A stretch of 22,916 nucleotides of DNA from Chiloscyllium plagiosum (lineage: Eukaryota). Positions within the stretch are counted from its first letter, which is position 1, and every line of letters begins with the position of its first letter. The position numbers and the translations under genes are program-made. The stretch lies in contig NC_057718.1 of assembly GCF_004010195.1 (NCBI RefSeq), forward strand, positions 81,896,110 through 81,919,025. The letters are read 5' to 3'. Of this stretch, positions 1 through 10,638 are shown one piece after another. The notes below the pieces were generated by a model that was not told where the DNA came from, made no database searches, and saw only the letters and a program-made list of their open reading frames with translations.

Positions 1-150
1 CCATAGTGTTTGGGGATATGCAGGTTAGGTGCATTAGTCAGGGGTAAAAATAGGGTAGGGGAATGGGTCTGGGTGGGTTATTCTTCAGGGGGTCGGTGTG
101 GCCTTGTTGGGCTGAGGGATTCCACATTGTAGGAATTCTAATCTATAATC
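1..150 (+). mobile_element. HE1-type tRNA-derived SINE, 3' half (cut by window edge)
   Basis: Reverse-complement match to the SINE copies at 5304-5614 and 13440-13763 (GTTAGGTGCATTAGTCAG...GGGTCTGGGTGGGTTA...GGGTCGGTGTGG) ending in a degenerate (CTAAT)n tail. Confidence 0.9.
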
Positions 151-1559
151 CCTCTCTCACTCAGGTCATGGCAGTCTTTCTGGCAAAGAGTCCCCAGAAT
201 CTTTCTTTCCTGACCCCTTTAATTGGTCTGATGGGCTTTGACATCACTTCAACAACAGGAATCATTTTACCCAAATCACAATCCCTGCCTCTCTGTATGT
301 TCAAAGTTCTGCCCTTTACAACTGTACAACACACTTAGTAGCACAGAGCTGATGCTTAAGTATTTTTGGTATCAAGTTTTTCTTTTGGAGGAGTTCTCAG
401 TGCAAGGCTGAGTGAGATTTATCACTTTATCTCACTGAATATACCTCAATAATTCCTATCCTACCCCCATGGCATTCCTCACATCTGATTCTAGCTCCAG
501 TTAACCAAGTGCTATTGCCAGGACAATTCACCACTTGCTGAATGTCCACCAAAAGACAATCATCCCTGCGTCATATTTGAAAGATCTCTGTGCACCCGGA
601 TGAGCACTAGTATTCTGAAGCTGCTCTGCTCTGTCAAGGATGGAATCGGAACATGTCAATGAAGGGGATGATGGAGCCTCAATGTATTTAGTGTAATTGG
701 AAACTAGACATTGATGAGGCAAGGCGTGGCATTAATAAGGCATTTAGCAACCTCTAATCCCCCTTAATTGGCAACTCACTGCTGCCTAGTGAGAAACCTG
801 TCTTGCCAATTGACAAAAGCTTAAGTGAGTTGCTTCTGATGTTGAGATAGGCCTTCCCACCTTTTTCATCTGATTCTGACACCCATCTCACCATTGCCCA
901 GGTCACTCAGAACCCTACAAGATACAGTCTCTGCTCTGTTATTGGAGACTTGCTTCAAAATAAGGATCTATTCAAATGCTGTCAGTCTTGTTCTGTTTGT
1001 TGCGAGCCTTGCTTAGTTTTATTTGCAGAAATTTGCAGTGCTTTGAACTGCCATGCAGATAAAACAGGCAGACCCCAACTCACTGCAGTTAGTCTTCAAT
1101 CTACTTTTGGCTTCTTAGTTGCTCATCCCTATTAGATTCCTGAGTCATACAGACATTTCTTGGAAACGAAGGATGTCATAATCAGGAAATCATTTTACCA
1201 TCTTTCAAAATACTCCCCAGCCCATTGTGTTCACTCAAAAGGAAATAGAAGCTTTTCCCCAGCATATGAGTCATTACAAAATTATTTAGTCATGCCACCT
1301 ATATTTAACTCAATCATTAATACCTACCGTGATTAGCAAAGGAAGCAATAATGACGCTGGAAACAATCACCTCATCACAAGATCATGATAGGCCTTTGCT
1401 TCCTGACACTAAGCCATTTTTGGATTTAATTGCCAATTTCTCTTAGATCCAATAAGCTGGGACAAAACAGAAACTGACAAACGATAAAAGCTGGATCCAA
1501 CCAGCTTTTAATTTTCTGAGCTGTTTACCAAATGGCAAGTTCTCAAACACCTTAGACAA

Positions 1560-2655
1560 CTCTAGGTAGATTAGATCAAATGCTGTACCATCACCAATCC
1601 CCCTTTGTTGCCTCCTGAAACAAATTCAATCAATTTAGTGAACGACAACCATCCCTAAGAAATCCCTGCTAACTGCCCTTCATTAATTTGTGCCTTTCCA
1701 AATGGCTGTGTATACTATCACGGGATTGTTTCTTTCTCAGAATGTTACACTGATTAGTCTGTAATTAGAAGAGTTTGTTTTGTTCTCCATTTTTAAACAA
1801 TGGCATAACAGTAGCTGTTATTCAATGCTTTTTGCTAGAGAGGATTTGAGCAAGCTGGTCAGAGCTTCTGTTATTTCTTTGCTTGCTTCTCTTAGTAGTG
1901 TGGGTGTTTTTCATCTAAGCCTTGTGATTTATCCACTTTCATGGAAGCTAAATACCTTAATATTACCTCTGTCGCTATATTTTTGCCATCCAATATTTCA
2001 CACTTCCTCAACAAGTATGCACTATCCTCCTTTTTTATGAAAATAATTGAAAAGCATCCCTTAAGGAATGTGCCCATGTTTTCTGCCCCTACACACAAGT
2101 TACCTTTCTGGTTTCTAATTAGACCTATTCTTTCCTTGGTAATTCCCTTGCTCTTAATGTATTCATAATTTGTTTGGTTTGGTTTCCCGTGATACTAATT
2201 GCCAATGGCTTTTATGTACCTTCTTCTACTTTCCTAGTTTCATATTTAATTTCACCCTTAGAATTTCCATTCTTGTCTAAGACTTTCACAGTGACTCACA
2301 CAAGCCTTTTTTTTACTGTTATATCCTACTGTGTATACTGTTTGACATCCAAGAGGGTCTAGACTTGGAGTCCGTTCCTTTTCCTTATGGGAATGCATAA
2401 GTTCTGTATACTCTTTACCTCTGTTTTAAATGCTTTCTGCTGGCCTAACATCAATTTACCTTCAAGTAGTTGTTTCCAGTACATTTTGCTAAATTGCCTT
2501 TTCCCTTACAAAAGTTGGCATTCCTTTGATTGAGCATTTAGTCTTGGTCAGTTATTATCCTTCTCCAAACCACTCTAACTCTAACTGAATTATGATTACA
2601 AACCACTTAAATGCTCTCCTACTGATACCCCTTCCACATGTCCAGATTAATTCAC
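1560..2655 (-). mobile_element. CR1 LINE ORF2 fragment (endonuclease C-terminus to RT N-terminus), heavily decayed
   Basis: Minus-strand translation gives CR1-like motifs LASMKVDKSQGLD (cf. KVDKSPGPD), VMPLFK, NYRL and GFLR..SFTKLIEF (cf. QHGF..GKSCLTNLIEFFEEV); many stops/frameshifts. Confidence 0.8.
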
Positions 2656-3123
2656 GAAAGTTTATTTTTAAAAACAAACAGCATACAATGCTGACAATAC
2701 TTATACAAGTGAACATCCATCAGAATACAACTCTTGGAGTAAATCATCTCAGTCAAATTTAGATTCACTTAAGGCATCATTTCAATTCAAACTCTGTTGC
2801 AAATTATAACTTGTGATACAAAGATGCATAATATAAAATAGAATTTAGATGAAATGCAAAATGACAATAACATTGTGAAAGCTCAGCCCCATCATGTGTT
2901 CCAACATCCCAGCTATAAGCAAATTATTTTTGTAATTGAGAATGACATTGTTAAGGCACGTGACTGTATGTGGTGATATTGAGGGGAAATCAGATAAGAA
3001 AGGAAAATCAATATTTTAATTTTTAAGCATTGATTGTTCTGTGCCAGTTACTATAAACCATAGGCTTCTATTCTGCACTAATACTGTTAAAGTATCTACT
3101 TAGGAGATATATATAAGCCACTT

Positions 3124-3236
3124 GTCCCAAATGTCCTTGGCAATAAATGGCTCTTATGCTGATTAAGTGCTGAGGCTGCAGGTTGAAGCATTTAATCAAA
3201 GTGTCGGAAGTGTTTATTGCCAAGGACACACAGGAC
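3124..3236. repeat. Long imperfect inverted repeat (hairpin) in otherwise unique DNA
   Basis: TGTCCTTGGCAATAAA (3132-3147) is the exact reverse complement of 3213-3228; inner stem TGATTAAGTGCT (3160-3171) / AGCATTTAATCA (3187-3198) 11/12; outer GTCC/GGAC. Confidence 0.85.
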
Positions 3237-3669
3237 TAATGCAGTTATCATTATTAATCCATACAGCACAAAGAAAGAAAGGAAACAAAAGCTGAGGCAA
3301 ATAACATTCATAAACGATATACTTTCTCAGAGCATAAAGAACTTCCCCCTATAGTACCTCCTGTCAGTGAGTGTGATATTACTGGTGCTTGAAAATGACT
3401 TAGTTCAAATTAAATTCTTAGCAGATATTTCTCTTAGTTTTGCTACTAAGATTGTTTCTAATTGATTTTCAGACAAGACATAAGAAATTAGTTCTATTTT
3501 AGCATTAGAAGTATAAAACGAGAGGAATCTAACTTGTTAAAGCACATCGTTTTTAGAGTATATTTGAGTATTAATATGTACTTAAATATACACAGCACCT
3601 GATCATAAACCATAAAAAAACAGCTCTGATAGTTCACAAACAAAAGAATATGTTGAAATGCAGACTTGC

Positions 3670-3800
3670 ATGTCAGGATGTCCTAAAAAAACTTAGAGCC
3701 AATTAATTTATTATTCAGTGTTGGCAATGCAATAATGTCGAAAACATGGCCGTGGTTTTTAAGGGAGCTAACACCCACAGATTGATAATGATTAAATAGG
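3670..3800 (-). mobile_element. Possible ancient DeuSINE (SacSINE1/AmnSINE-like) remnant
   Basis: CAGGATGTCCTAAAAAAC..AGCCAAT...AATGTCGAAAACATGGC...CCCACA...TGATAATGA resembles the recalled 3' region of the shark Deu-domain SINE; highly diverged. Confidence 0.35.
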
Positions 3801-4438
3801 CAAATGCTTAATAGAGAAATGACAGCATGTTTACAATGGGATCAAGAGATAGGGCATCAGTTCCAGGTTTCAAGCATTTGTTGATCAATTTATGCCACTC
3901 TGCTGTTTGCATCACACAAACAGGATCTCACCCTTACCGCTCCTATTATTTTATGAATTTGCTGTTTTGCACATTAATTGGCCATTGACCTTACTGCACA
4001 TATTTAGGATTCAGCTTTAGCAATGTAAGTAGATTTTCATCATGCAAGTTTTTAGAGTTCCATCTCTCCTGTTGATCACCACTTAATGTGCACCATCTAC
4101 TGACAAATCACTACGTCCTCCATGGTGAACTCCATTTGGAAGGGCATAGGATGTACTCTGGATGAGGAACCTTATTGCTGATCAGCAAGAGTTGCTCAGT
4201 GGCACCTTTATTGACCAAGCTGACCATGTTCGGAAGGGGTTTTTACCAAACATGTGGAGAAGGAGCCAACAAAAGAGAAATAACCTTCCTGATGTCAGCC
4301 TACCAATGTCCATGAGAGTCTTGACAGGAGCTATAACCGCACTGTCCTTATAGAGATTAAGTCTTCATACTGAGGATCTGTCCATTGTGTTGTGTGGCAT
4401 GCCCACTCTGCTAAATGGGCTTGAGTCAAAATAGATAT

Positions 4439-5128
4439 TGTTATGAAGGTGTAGGCACATACCGTACCTCTAAGAGAGAGTGAAAGCTGGCAAGGACTTA
4501 ACAAGCACAGAGCGTGCTGAAAAGTTTTAAAATGTAACATTTGGCTGTGAAGCAATTAGCTGAGCTGAGTTGCTATGATACACAACAAATTTGAATTTGG
4601 CTCATCAGTTTAAATTATGCCCCAAGGTACGAAAATCCAATCGAATTTGAATTTTCTGTTTGTATGACATCAAACCAGAGACGATCCGATGTTTTGGGGT
4701 ATAAGAATCAGGCATTTTCAACAGTTAGCCAGAGTGGCAAAGAGCAGCAACAAACACAGACTCCCTACGGAACCACTCTCTGAAAAGTACCTGTTCATAT
4801 AAAACCTGCGCAGCAAAAGAATGAAGGAAAGACCTTGAAAAATCGAAATTTGAATTTTCTGTACAATTTAATTGGGGGTTTTATCAGATCAGTACAGTGT
4901 TGTAGAGTGGGAGGTCGATAAACTGTTAAGACAAAGGAGATTTACAGTGTAGATAGTTGTTGTTTAATGTTCTCCTTTTCCTTGGAGTTCAAGAAAAAAC
5001 TTAACAATTTTTAAATAGTGGGATTTGGTAGTTCTTTGTCATTCATATATTTACAAATTACAAGAAAAAGTGAACTTTTTTGTGTGTCTGGTTTAAATTA
5101 GCAGAAAGATTTACTCCATATTGTTACA
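4439..5128 (+). mobile_element. Solo LTR (probably Gypsy-type), 690 bp
   Basis: Begins TGTTATGA, ends TTGTTACA, flanked by 4-bp direct repeat ATAT (4435-4438, 5129-5132); TATAAGAA at 4700; host LINE resumes on both sides. Confidence 0.8.
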
Positions 5129-5303
5129 ATATTATGCACACAAAACTGGACATCAATAAAGCACTGTACATTATCTGTAGCAGCAGGATAGTGGTCAAAC
5201 ACAATCTGTTATCTCACGGTCGGACATATCCCTTACTCCACAATTACCCTCGAGCCTAAGGTATCAACTTTAGTACAGTGAGGAGTTCTGGCGAGCATCT
5301 AGT

Positions 5304-5614
5304 TGATTAGATTCCCTACAGTGTGGAAACAGGCCCTTTGGCCCAACCAGTCCACACCGACCCTCTGAAGAGTAACCCACCCAGACCCATTTCCCTCTGA
5401 CTAATGCACCTAACACTATGGGCAATTTAGCATGGCCAATATACCTAACCGGCACATGTTTGGATTTGTGGGAGGAAACTGGAGCATCCAGAGGAAACCC
5501 ACGCAGGCACAGGGAGAACGTGCAAACTCCACACAGTCACCCGAGGCTGGAATCGAACCTGGGACCCAGGTGCTGTAATGCAGCAGTGCTAACCACTGAG
5601 CCACTGTGCCACCC
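5304..5614 (-). mobile_element. Full-length HE1-type tRNA-derived SINE
   Basis: Minus strand: A box TGGCTCAGTGG, B box GGTTCGATTCC, central conserved domain, LINE-like 3' tail; perfect 8-bp TSD CATCTAGT (5296-5303, 5615-5622). Confidence 0.95.
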
Positions 5615-6219
5615 CATCTAGTACTATGCATACCTGAAAATGATGTGTCAACTTGGTGAACGTGCAGTGTGGAATGACATGCATGATAAACAGTGGAAGC
5701 AGCCTGTAATTAATAATAGTTAGGCCAGTTAGCATTTCATGAATCAGATCTAACCTCTGCAGTCCTGTTACATCCAGTTGTGAATGGTGATGGACAATTA
5801 AAAAACTGACTGGAAGAGAAGACTCCATAAATATCCCCATCCACAATGATGGACAAAACCCAGCAAGTCAATGCAAAGTACAGACTTAAGCACTTGCATC
5901 CATCTTCAGCCAGAAGTGCCAAGTGGGTGATCCATCTCAGTGTCATCCTGAGGTCCCCAGCATCACAGATGCCATTCTTAAGCCAATTCAATTCACACCG
6001 TTTAATATCAAGGAATAACAGAAGGCAGAGCCCTGGAAAAAGCAAGGACAGCAACCCTGCAGTGGCACGGATGGCCTGTGTTCTAGAACTAGCCATGCCC
6101 TTAGCCAAGCTGCTCTAGTATAGGTATAACACTGGCATTTATCCAACAATGTGAAAGATTACCCAGTTATGTCTTGTACACAAAAAAAAAAGACCAATCC
6201 AATCCAGCCAATTACCTCT

Positions 6220-6415
6220 TTGGCCAGGGATCAGCCTAGTCCATCTCTTTGAACTGCCTCCAGTGCCAGTGTATCCTTTCTTAAATACTGGCAGCAAAAC
6301 AGGTGCAAATTCACCCACAACCTACACAGTTGGAATGGGACTTCCTAGCTTTCAACTCCAATCCCCTAGCAATGAAGGCCAAAATTCCATTTGCCTTCTT
6401 AATTACTTGCTGCAA
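6220..6415 (-). mobile_element. CR1 LINE ORF2 C-terminal fragment
   Basis: Minus-strand translation QQVIKKANGILAFIARGLELKARK and YLRKDTLALEAVQR, characteristic CR1 ORF2 C-terminus. Confidence 0.85.
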
Positions 6416-6629
6416 CAGTGAGTGTTACCTTTTCCTTTATGACCAGCATAATGTCATATTGTTCAATGTGGGAGCATCATATGATGGAAAGCTTTCAAAC
6501 AGTTGAAACTATTAACTTCTATTTGACAACAGCAAAACTGAAGAAAAACAAACATAAAGATCTGAATTTGCTCCTGGGAACAGACAGAGGTTGCTTGCCT
6601 TTCAATGGACAAAATATTTACATCAATTT

Positions 6630-7420
6630 ATAGCACACTCTGTTTGGACTGCAATGCAAAGCCACCCGAGACTGATCCAAGTATTGGAACTTCACCTTCA
6701 GGTGGCCATTGTTGCCAGCTCCACAATGGCCCTGGTTGAAGAATGTACTGCATTGTATCTACACTTGGCCTCAGTCAGGGATTTGCTTAACAGGGTGATC
6801 AGCTCTGGATGCAGAGGGTAGCACTTGTCTTCCAGTAACCATCCAAGTAAGGCATCCAGTCCTTGAAACAAAGCAGGACTAGAAGAGTTCTCAAGGATAT
6901 GGGCATCATGGCAGTTTCCAGGCTATCTGTCTCAGACTGTTTAGATGTGGTAGTGTTGATCATCAATGATTTGTACATTGATGGAATGGAACCCATTTCT
7001 ATTGATGAACTCGGCTATGTTGTATGTTGCTCTCAATGTGATGTGTGTCCAATCTATAGCACCCTGCACCTTGAGGATGCCAGCCATGTTGGCAAAGCCT
7101 ATTGTTCAGTCTGCAGTAGTGGCCTCATCATGGGAATACAAGATGAAGTGTGTGACCCGGCACAACTTGCATCAGTAATAATCTTAATACATTTCTTAGT
7201 TGAGGATTGAGTGATCCCACGCAGGCTCCAGTGGATCCTTGGATGGAGCCTGTTAGATGAAAATATATCTCGGTTGTTTGCCTTGACAGCCACCAGGGTA
7301 GAATGGCCAGCCACCCCCTTCAGCTCACAAATCCCAGGGCAGCTAATAGCATAGTGTTATGCCAATATCCTGAGTCTGGGACGGCAGTTACTTATCTGAA
7401 GGAAATGGCATTGAAGACAA
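6630..7420 (-). pseudogene. PIF/Harbinger DDE transposase pseudogene (HARBI1-like family)
   Basis: Manual minus-strand translation from 7087: MAGILKVQGAIDWTHITLRA..FINRNGFHSINVQII..PGNCHDAHILENS..GWLLEDKCYPL..TEAKCRYNAVHSSTRAIVE then (frameshift) GHLKVKFQYLDQSRVALHCSPNRV; upstream GHSTLVAVK..GITQSSTKKCIKIITDA; three in-frame stops and frameshifts. Confidence 0.9.
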
Positions 7421-7542
7421 GATATGTTAAAAGATTAAATTGGACTATCTCCATGGACATTAATATAATATTAAACGGTTAAACTGCACTGACAGAACAT
7501 TCTGGAAGTGAATAGGGACGAAATTCATGCAGGAATGCAGAT

Positions 7543-7821
7543 GATAGGTTTAGGGTGACAGGGGAAAGATATAAAAGAGACCTAAGGGGCAACCTTTTCA
7601 CACAGAGGGTGGTACATGTATGGATTGAGCTGCCAGAGGAGGCTGGTACAATTGAAACATTTAAAAGGCATCTGGATGGGTATATGAATAGGAAGAGTTT
7701 GGAGGGATATGGGCTAGGAGATGGCAGGTGGGACTGGATTGGGTTGGGATATCTGGTTGGCATGGACAAGTTGGACCGAAGGGTCTGTTTCCATGCTATA
7801 CATCTCTATGACTCTATGACT
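7543..7821 (+). mobile_element. CR1 (HER1-like) LINE 3' end, 5'-truncated
   Basis: ORF GERYKRDLRGNLFTQRVVHVW.ELPEE..TIETFKRHLDGYM; 3' UTR GGACCGAAGGGTCTGTTTCC and (CTATGACT)n tail. Confidence 0.92.
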
Positions 7822-7837
7822 TTCACCCCATTTAGAC

Positions 7838-8412
7838 TGTAATTTACTACTACTCCCCTACTATTATCAAATTATACTCTCATTCATCCACTTCCATTTA
7901 GAAATACTTTCATAGCCATCCCCCAGCCAATCAGGTTCACTCGCGTGATCGTCCCTGATGCTGAAGTCGATCACACCTACATTGTCCGGGGAAGTAGCAG
8001 AGCCAGAACTCATTTGCAGGGCCGCCCTGAAGGTAGGACACATCACACCTACATTGTCTTGTGGAATCACGGAGTCAGGAAATCATCGGTATAACAATTC
8101 CCCAGGATTAGGGCAATTACCTTTGCATTATCTCTGAGGATGATCTCATACCTACCTGGGGTAATGTGTGGTTATGGGAGAGTGGAGGTAGGGAGTGGCC
8201 AGAGTATCTGTGAGCATTACCAATTGATCCATATAAAGAGAATGTGATTTCCTTGCTCGGGGCCTCATTTTGACTCAACTTTGCATGACCAGTGAAGAGT
8301 GCCAGAGGGGTCACCTAGCTTATACAGGCTTTAATAAATTTTAACTGTTTGCAGAAGTTGGTGTGCATGCATTGAATCTCGTATGTGAGATTCTTGGGAA
8401 AAGAACCTAACA
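7838..8412 (+). mobile_element. Probable retroviral/LTR-element solo LTR
   Basis: CCAAT box 7927, 17-bp direct repeat 7970-7986/8042-8058, TATAAA 8232, AATAAA 8333, ends ..CCTAACA at 8412; candidate TG start 7838 but no TSD found so left boundary uncertain. Confidence 0.55.
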
Positions 8413-9511
8413 CTTGTACCTACTTTGCATCCCAAGGTGATCTGCAGCTGCATGTGGTGACTGGTTGGCAGCCACTAGAGGTTAGTGCTCATCCTGAACT
8501 TGCCGGAGCACCAGTTCCTCCTCGATTTCTCTGGGACCACCATAAGGACAACCCCTGCTGATGCTAGACCCATCAGTCATGGTTCTAATAAAGAGAGTGG
8601 AGAGTATAAGAAACAGAACATCACAAAACATGGTACAGCATTTTCCTCCACATAGTATGACGTGAACGACTCTGACAAGGAGGGCCATGGAAGGCCTCGA
8701 CATGGAGACCTTATTCCAACGTGGACAGCAGAGGCCAGGCCACAAATACAGTAGGTGATTGTCAGTGCTGTAGAATTACCGAAACCTTGCCACGCCTCCA
8801 CACACAACACCCAAGAAAAGTCGTTTCAGATGATCATGTTGGTGAATATAAGCAGTTCAAGGGGAAAGGAAATCAGCTCTGTGCCCTTATACTGCCAGTG
8901 AGATCTTGGATTGCCTTTGTAAACAGTGACCCCCCAAGGTTTAAGGTTGGCTGTGTTAACACAGACGTGACTATGATCAATTTGCAATGATCAATGACAA
9001 TGTCAGGATTTGTATCCTCCACAGGCATTTCATACGTAGGATGTTATGATTACAGACATCTTCAATTTGTTTTGTGTTAGTGCCTGTTCAATGCAATTGT
9101 CCTTTGAAGGGCCTCACATTACTTAGAAGTCATTAAAAAAACATTTATTCTACCCATTTCAGGCATGGTGTCAGCTACATTCCATTTCCATTGCACATTT
9201 GCCACTTCGATGAGGGTGGCAGGCAACATAGGTTGCATTTCACAGAGTGAGTCACAGACTCAGCCTGTAATCTAGCCAACTCTCCAAACCTTCATGTCCC
9301 TTTTTGTCTTGCACTTCCTGTCAACACCAATGAGCTTCCACACATTCCCAACCTAATCCTTTGATTTAACTTATCATTTCCCTGAACTCCAGCCCTAACG
9401 CATTGTTGAGCCAACCACCATGCTGCATTGTCCTACCATCAAAGCCAGGATGTTGATGACAGACAATGACCCTTCGCTCCTGCAGTAATCCATGCCATCC
9501 AATGCATGACT

Positions 9512-9529
9512 CCCCCCCCCCCCCCCCCC
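9512..9529. repeat. C18 homopolymer
   Basis: 18 consecutive C residues. Confidence 0.95.
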
Positions 9530-9923
9530 ACCCCACGTATATGTCAAATCCCCTCCTTTCACAATGATTGTCCTTTCTGCAACCCAATGCTTTGCCTACA
9601 ATCCCCACAACTGACTTCCCTAACCTCCCCACCACAATGAAAACCCTCCTTGACTTTCGGTGGATCAACGTGGAAGACTAATCATGGCCCTACTCCTAAT
9701 CAACATAAAAGAACAGCCCTAACTATTGAGTGACTGGAACCCTGAGTGATATCTGTGCAGGTCTGACCTACTTCTAACCCCTTGCCTAGTTGCACTGGAC
9801 CAGCAGGACAAAGACTGTGTCCAAGACTGTGTTTTTCAAATTTATATCAGGGAAATTATCAGGGCATGAGAGCAGAATTGGCTATGTAGGTTAAAGTATT
9901 GATCAATACAGAAGTAGCAGCAA

Positions 9924-10638
9924 GGTAAAAGCAATGACTGCAGATGCTGGAAACCAGATTCTGGATTAGAGTGGTGCTGGAAAAGCACGGCAGTTCAGAC
10001 AGCATCCGAGGAGCAGGGAAATCAACGTTCCAGGCAAAAGTCCTTCATCAGGAAAGAGGCAGAGTGCCTGAAGGGTGGAGAGATAAATGAGAAGAGGGTG
10101 GGGGTGGACTGGGGTGAGGTGGGGGAAGGGGAAATGAGGAAACTGGTGAAGTCAACATCGATGCCCTGGGGTTGAAGTGTTCTGAGGCGGAAGATGAGGT
10201 GTTCTTCCTCCAGGCGTCGGGTGATGAGGGAGCGGCGGTGAAGGAGGCCCAGGACCTCCATATCCTCGGATGAGTGGGAGGGGGAGTTGAAATGTTGGGC
10301 CACAGGGTGGTGTGGTTGATTGGTGTGGGTGTCCCAGAGATGTTCCCTAAAGCGCTCTTCTAGGAGGCGTCCAGTCTCCCCAATGTAGAGGAGACCGCAT
10401 CGGGAGCAACGGATACAGAAATGATATTGGTGGATGTGCAGGTAAAACTTTGATGGATGTGGAAGGCTCCTTTGGGGCCTTGGATGGAGGTGAGGGAGGA
10501 GGTGTGGGCACAGGTTTTGCAATTCCTGCGGTGGCAGGGGAAGGTGCCAGGACGGGAGGGTGGGTTGTTGGGGCATGGACCTGACCAGGTAGTCATGGAG
10601 GGAACGGTCTTTGCGGAAGGCTGAAAGGGGTGGGGAGT
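9924..10638 (-). mobile_element. Penelope-like element, 5'-truncated (GIY-YIG endonuclease + pseudo-LTR)
   Basis: ORFs GTFPCHRRNCKTC and CIRCSRCGLLYIGETGRLLEERFREHL..VAQHFN..RRLEEEHLIFRL; perfect 13-bp TSD GAAGTAGCAGCAA (9911-9923, 10639-10651). Confidence 0.93.
10020..10055 (-). ncRNA. Degenerate minimal hammerhead ribozyme motif in Penelope pLTR
   Basis: Minus strand CTGATGA-aGGAC-TTTT-GCCT-GGAAC-GTT; GAAA box mutated. Confidence 0.6.

Larger units (their letters stand above)
4065..6216 (+). mobile_element. CR1/L2-group LINE ORF2 fragment (APE to RT N-terminus), split by a solo LTR and a SINE
   Basis: Collinear segments 4065-4438, 5129-5303, 5615-6216; last segment translates ACVLELAMPLAKLL*YRYNTGIYPTM*KITQLCLVHKKK..SNPANY, typical pre-RT motif of CR1/L2-group LINEs. 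Confidence 0.8.

Noticed and set aside
150..920. Possible non-autonomous DNA-transposon remnants (CCTTTAATTGG / CCCTTAATTGG motifs)
   Set aside because: Too diverged; no TIR pair or TSD identifiable
1029..1087. Possible exon after TTTTATTTGCAG
   Set aside because: Weak donor (GCA/GTTAGT) and no recognisable peptide
3164..3186. miR-430/302-like miRNA (TAAGTGCT seed) in the hairpin
   Set aside because: Seed lies on the 5' arm running into the loop, not in the 3'-arm position of that family, and the rest does not match
5540..5614. tRNA gene (A and B boxes)
   Set aside because: tRNA-derived head of the HE1 SINE, no complete cloverleaf
6630..7420. Host HARBI1 gene
   Set aside because: Multiple in-frame stops and frameshifts; consistent with a dead transposon copy
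8470..8488. CTCF-like GCCACTAGAGGTTAG
   Set aside because: Mismatches in the GGC core and no supporting context
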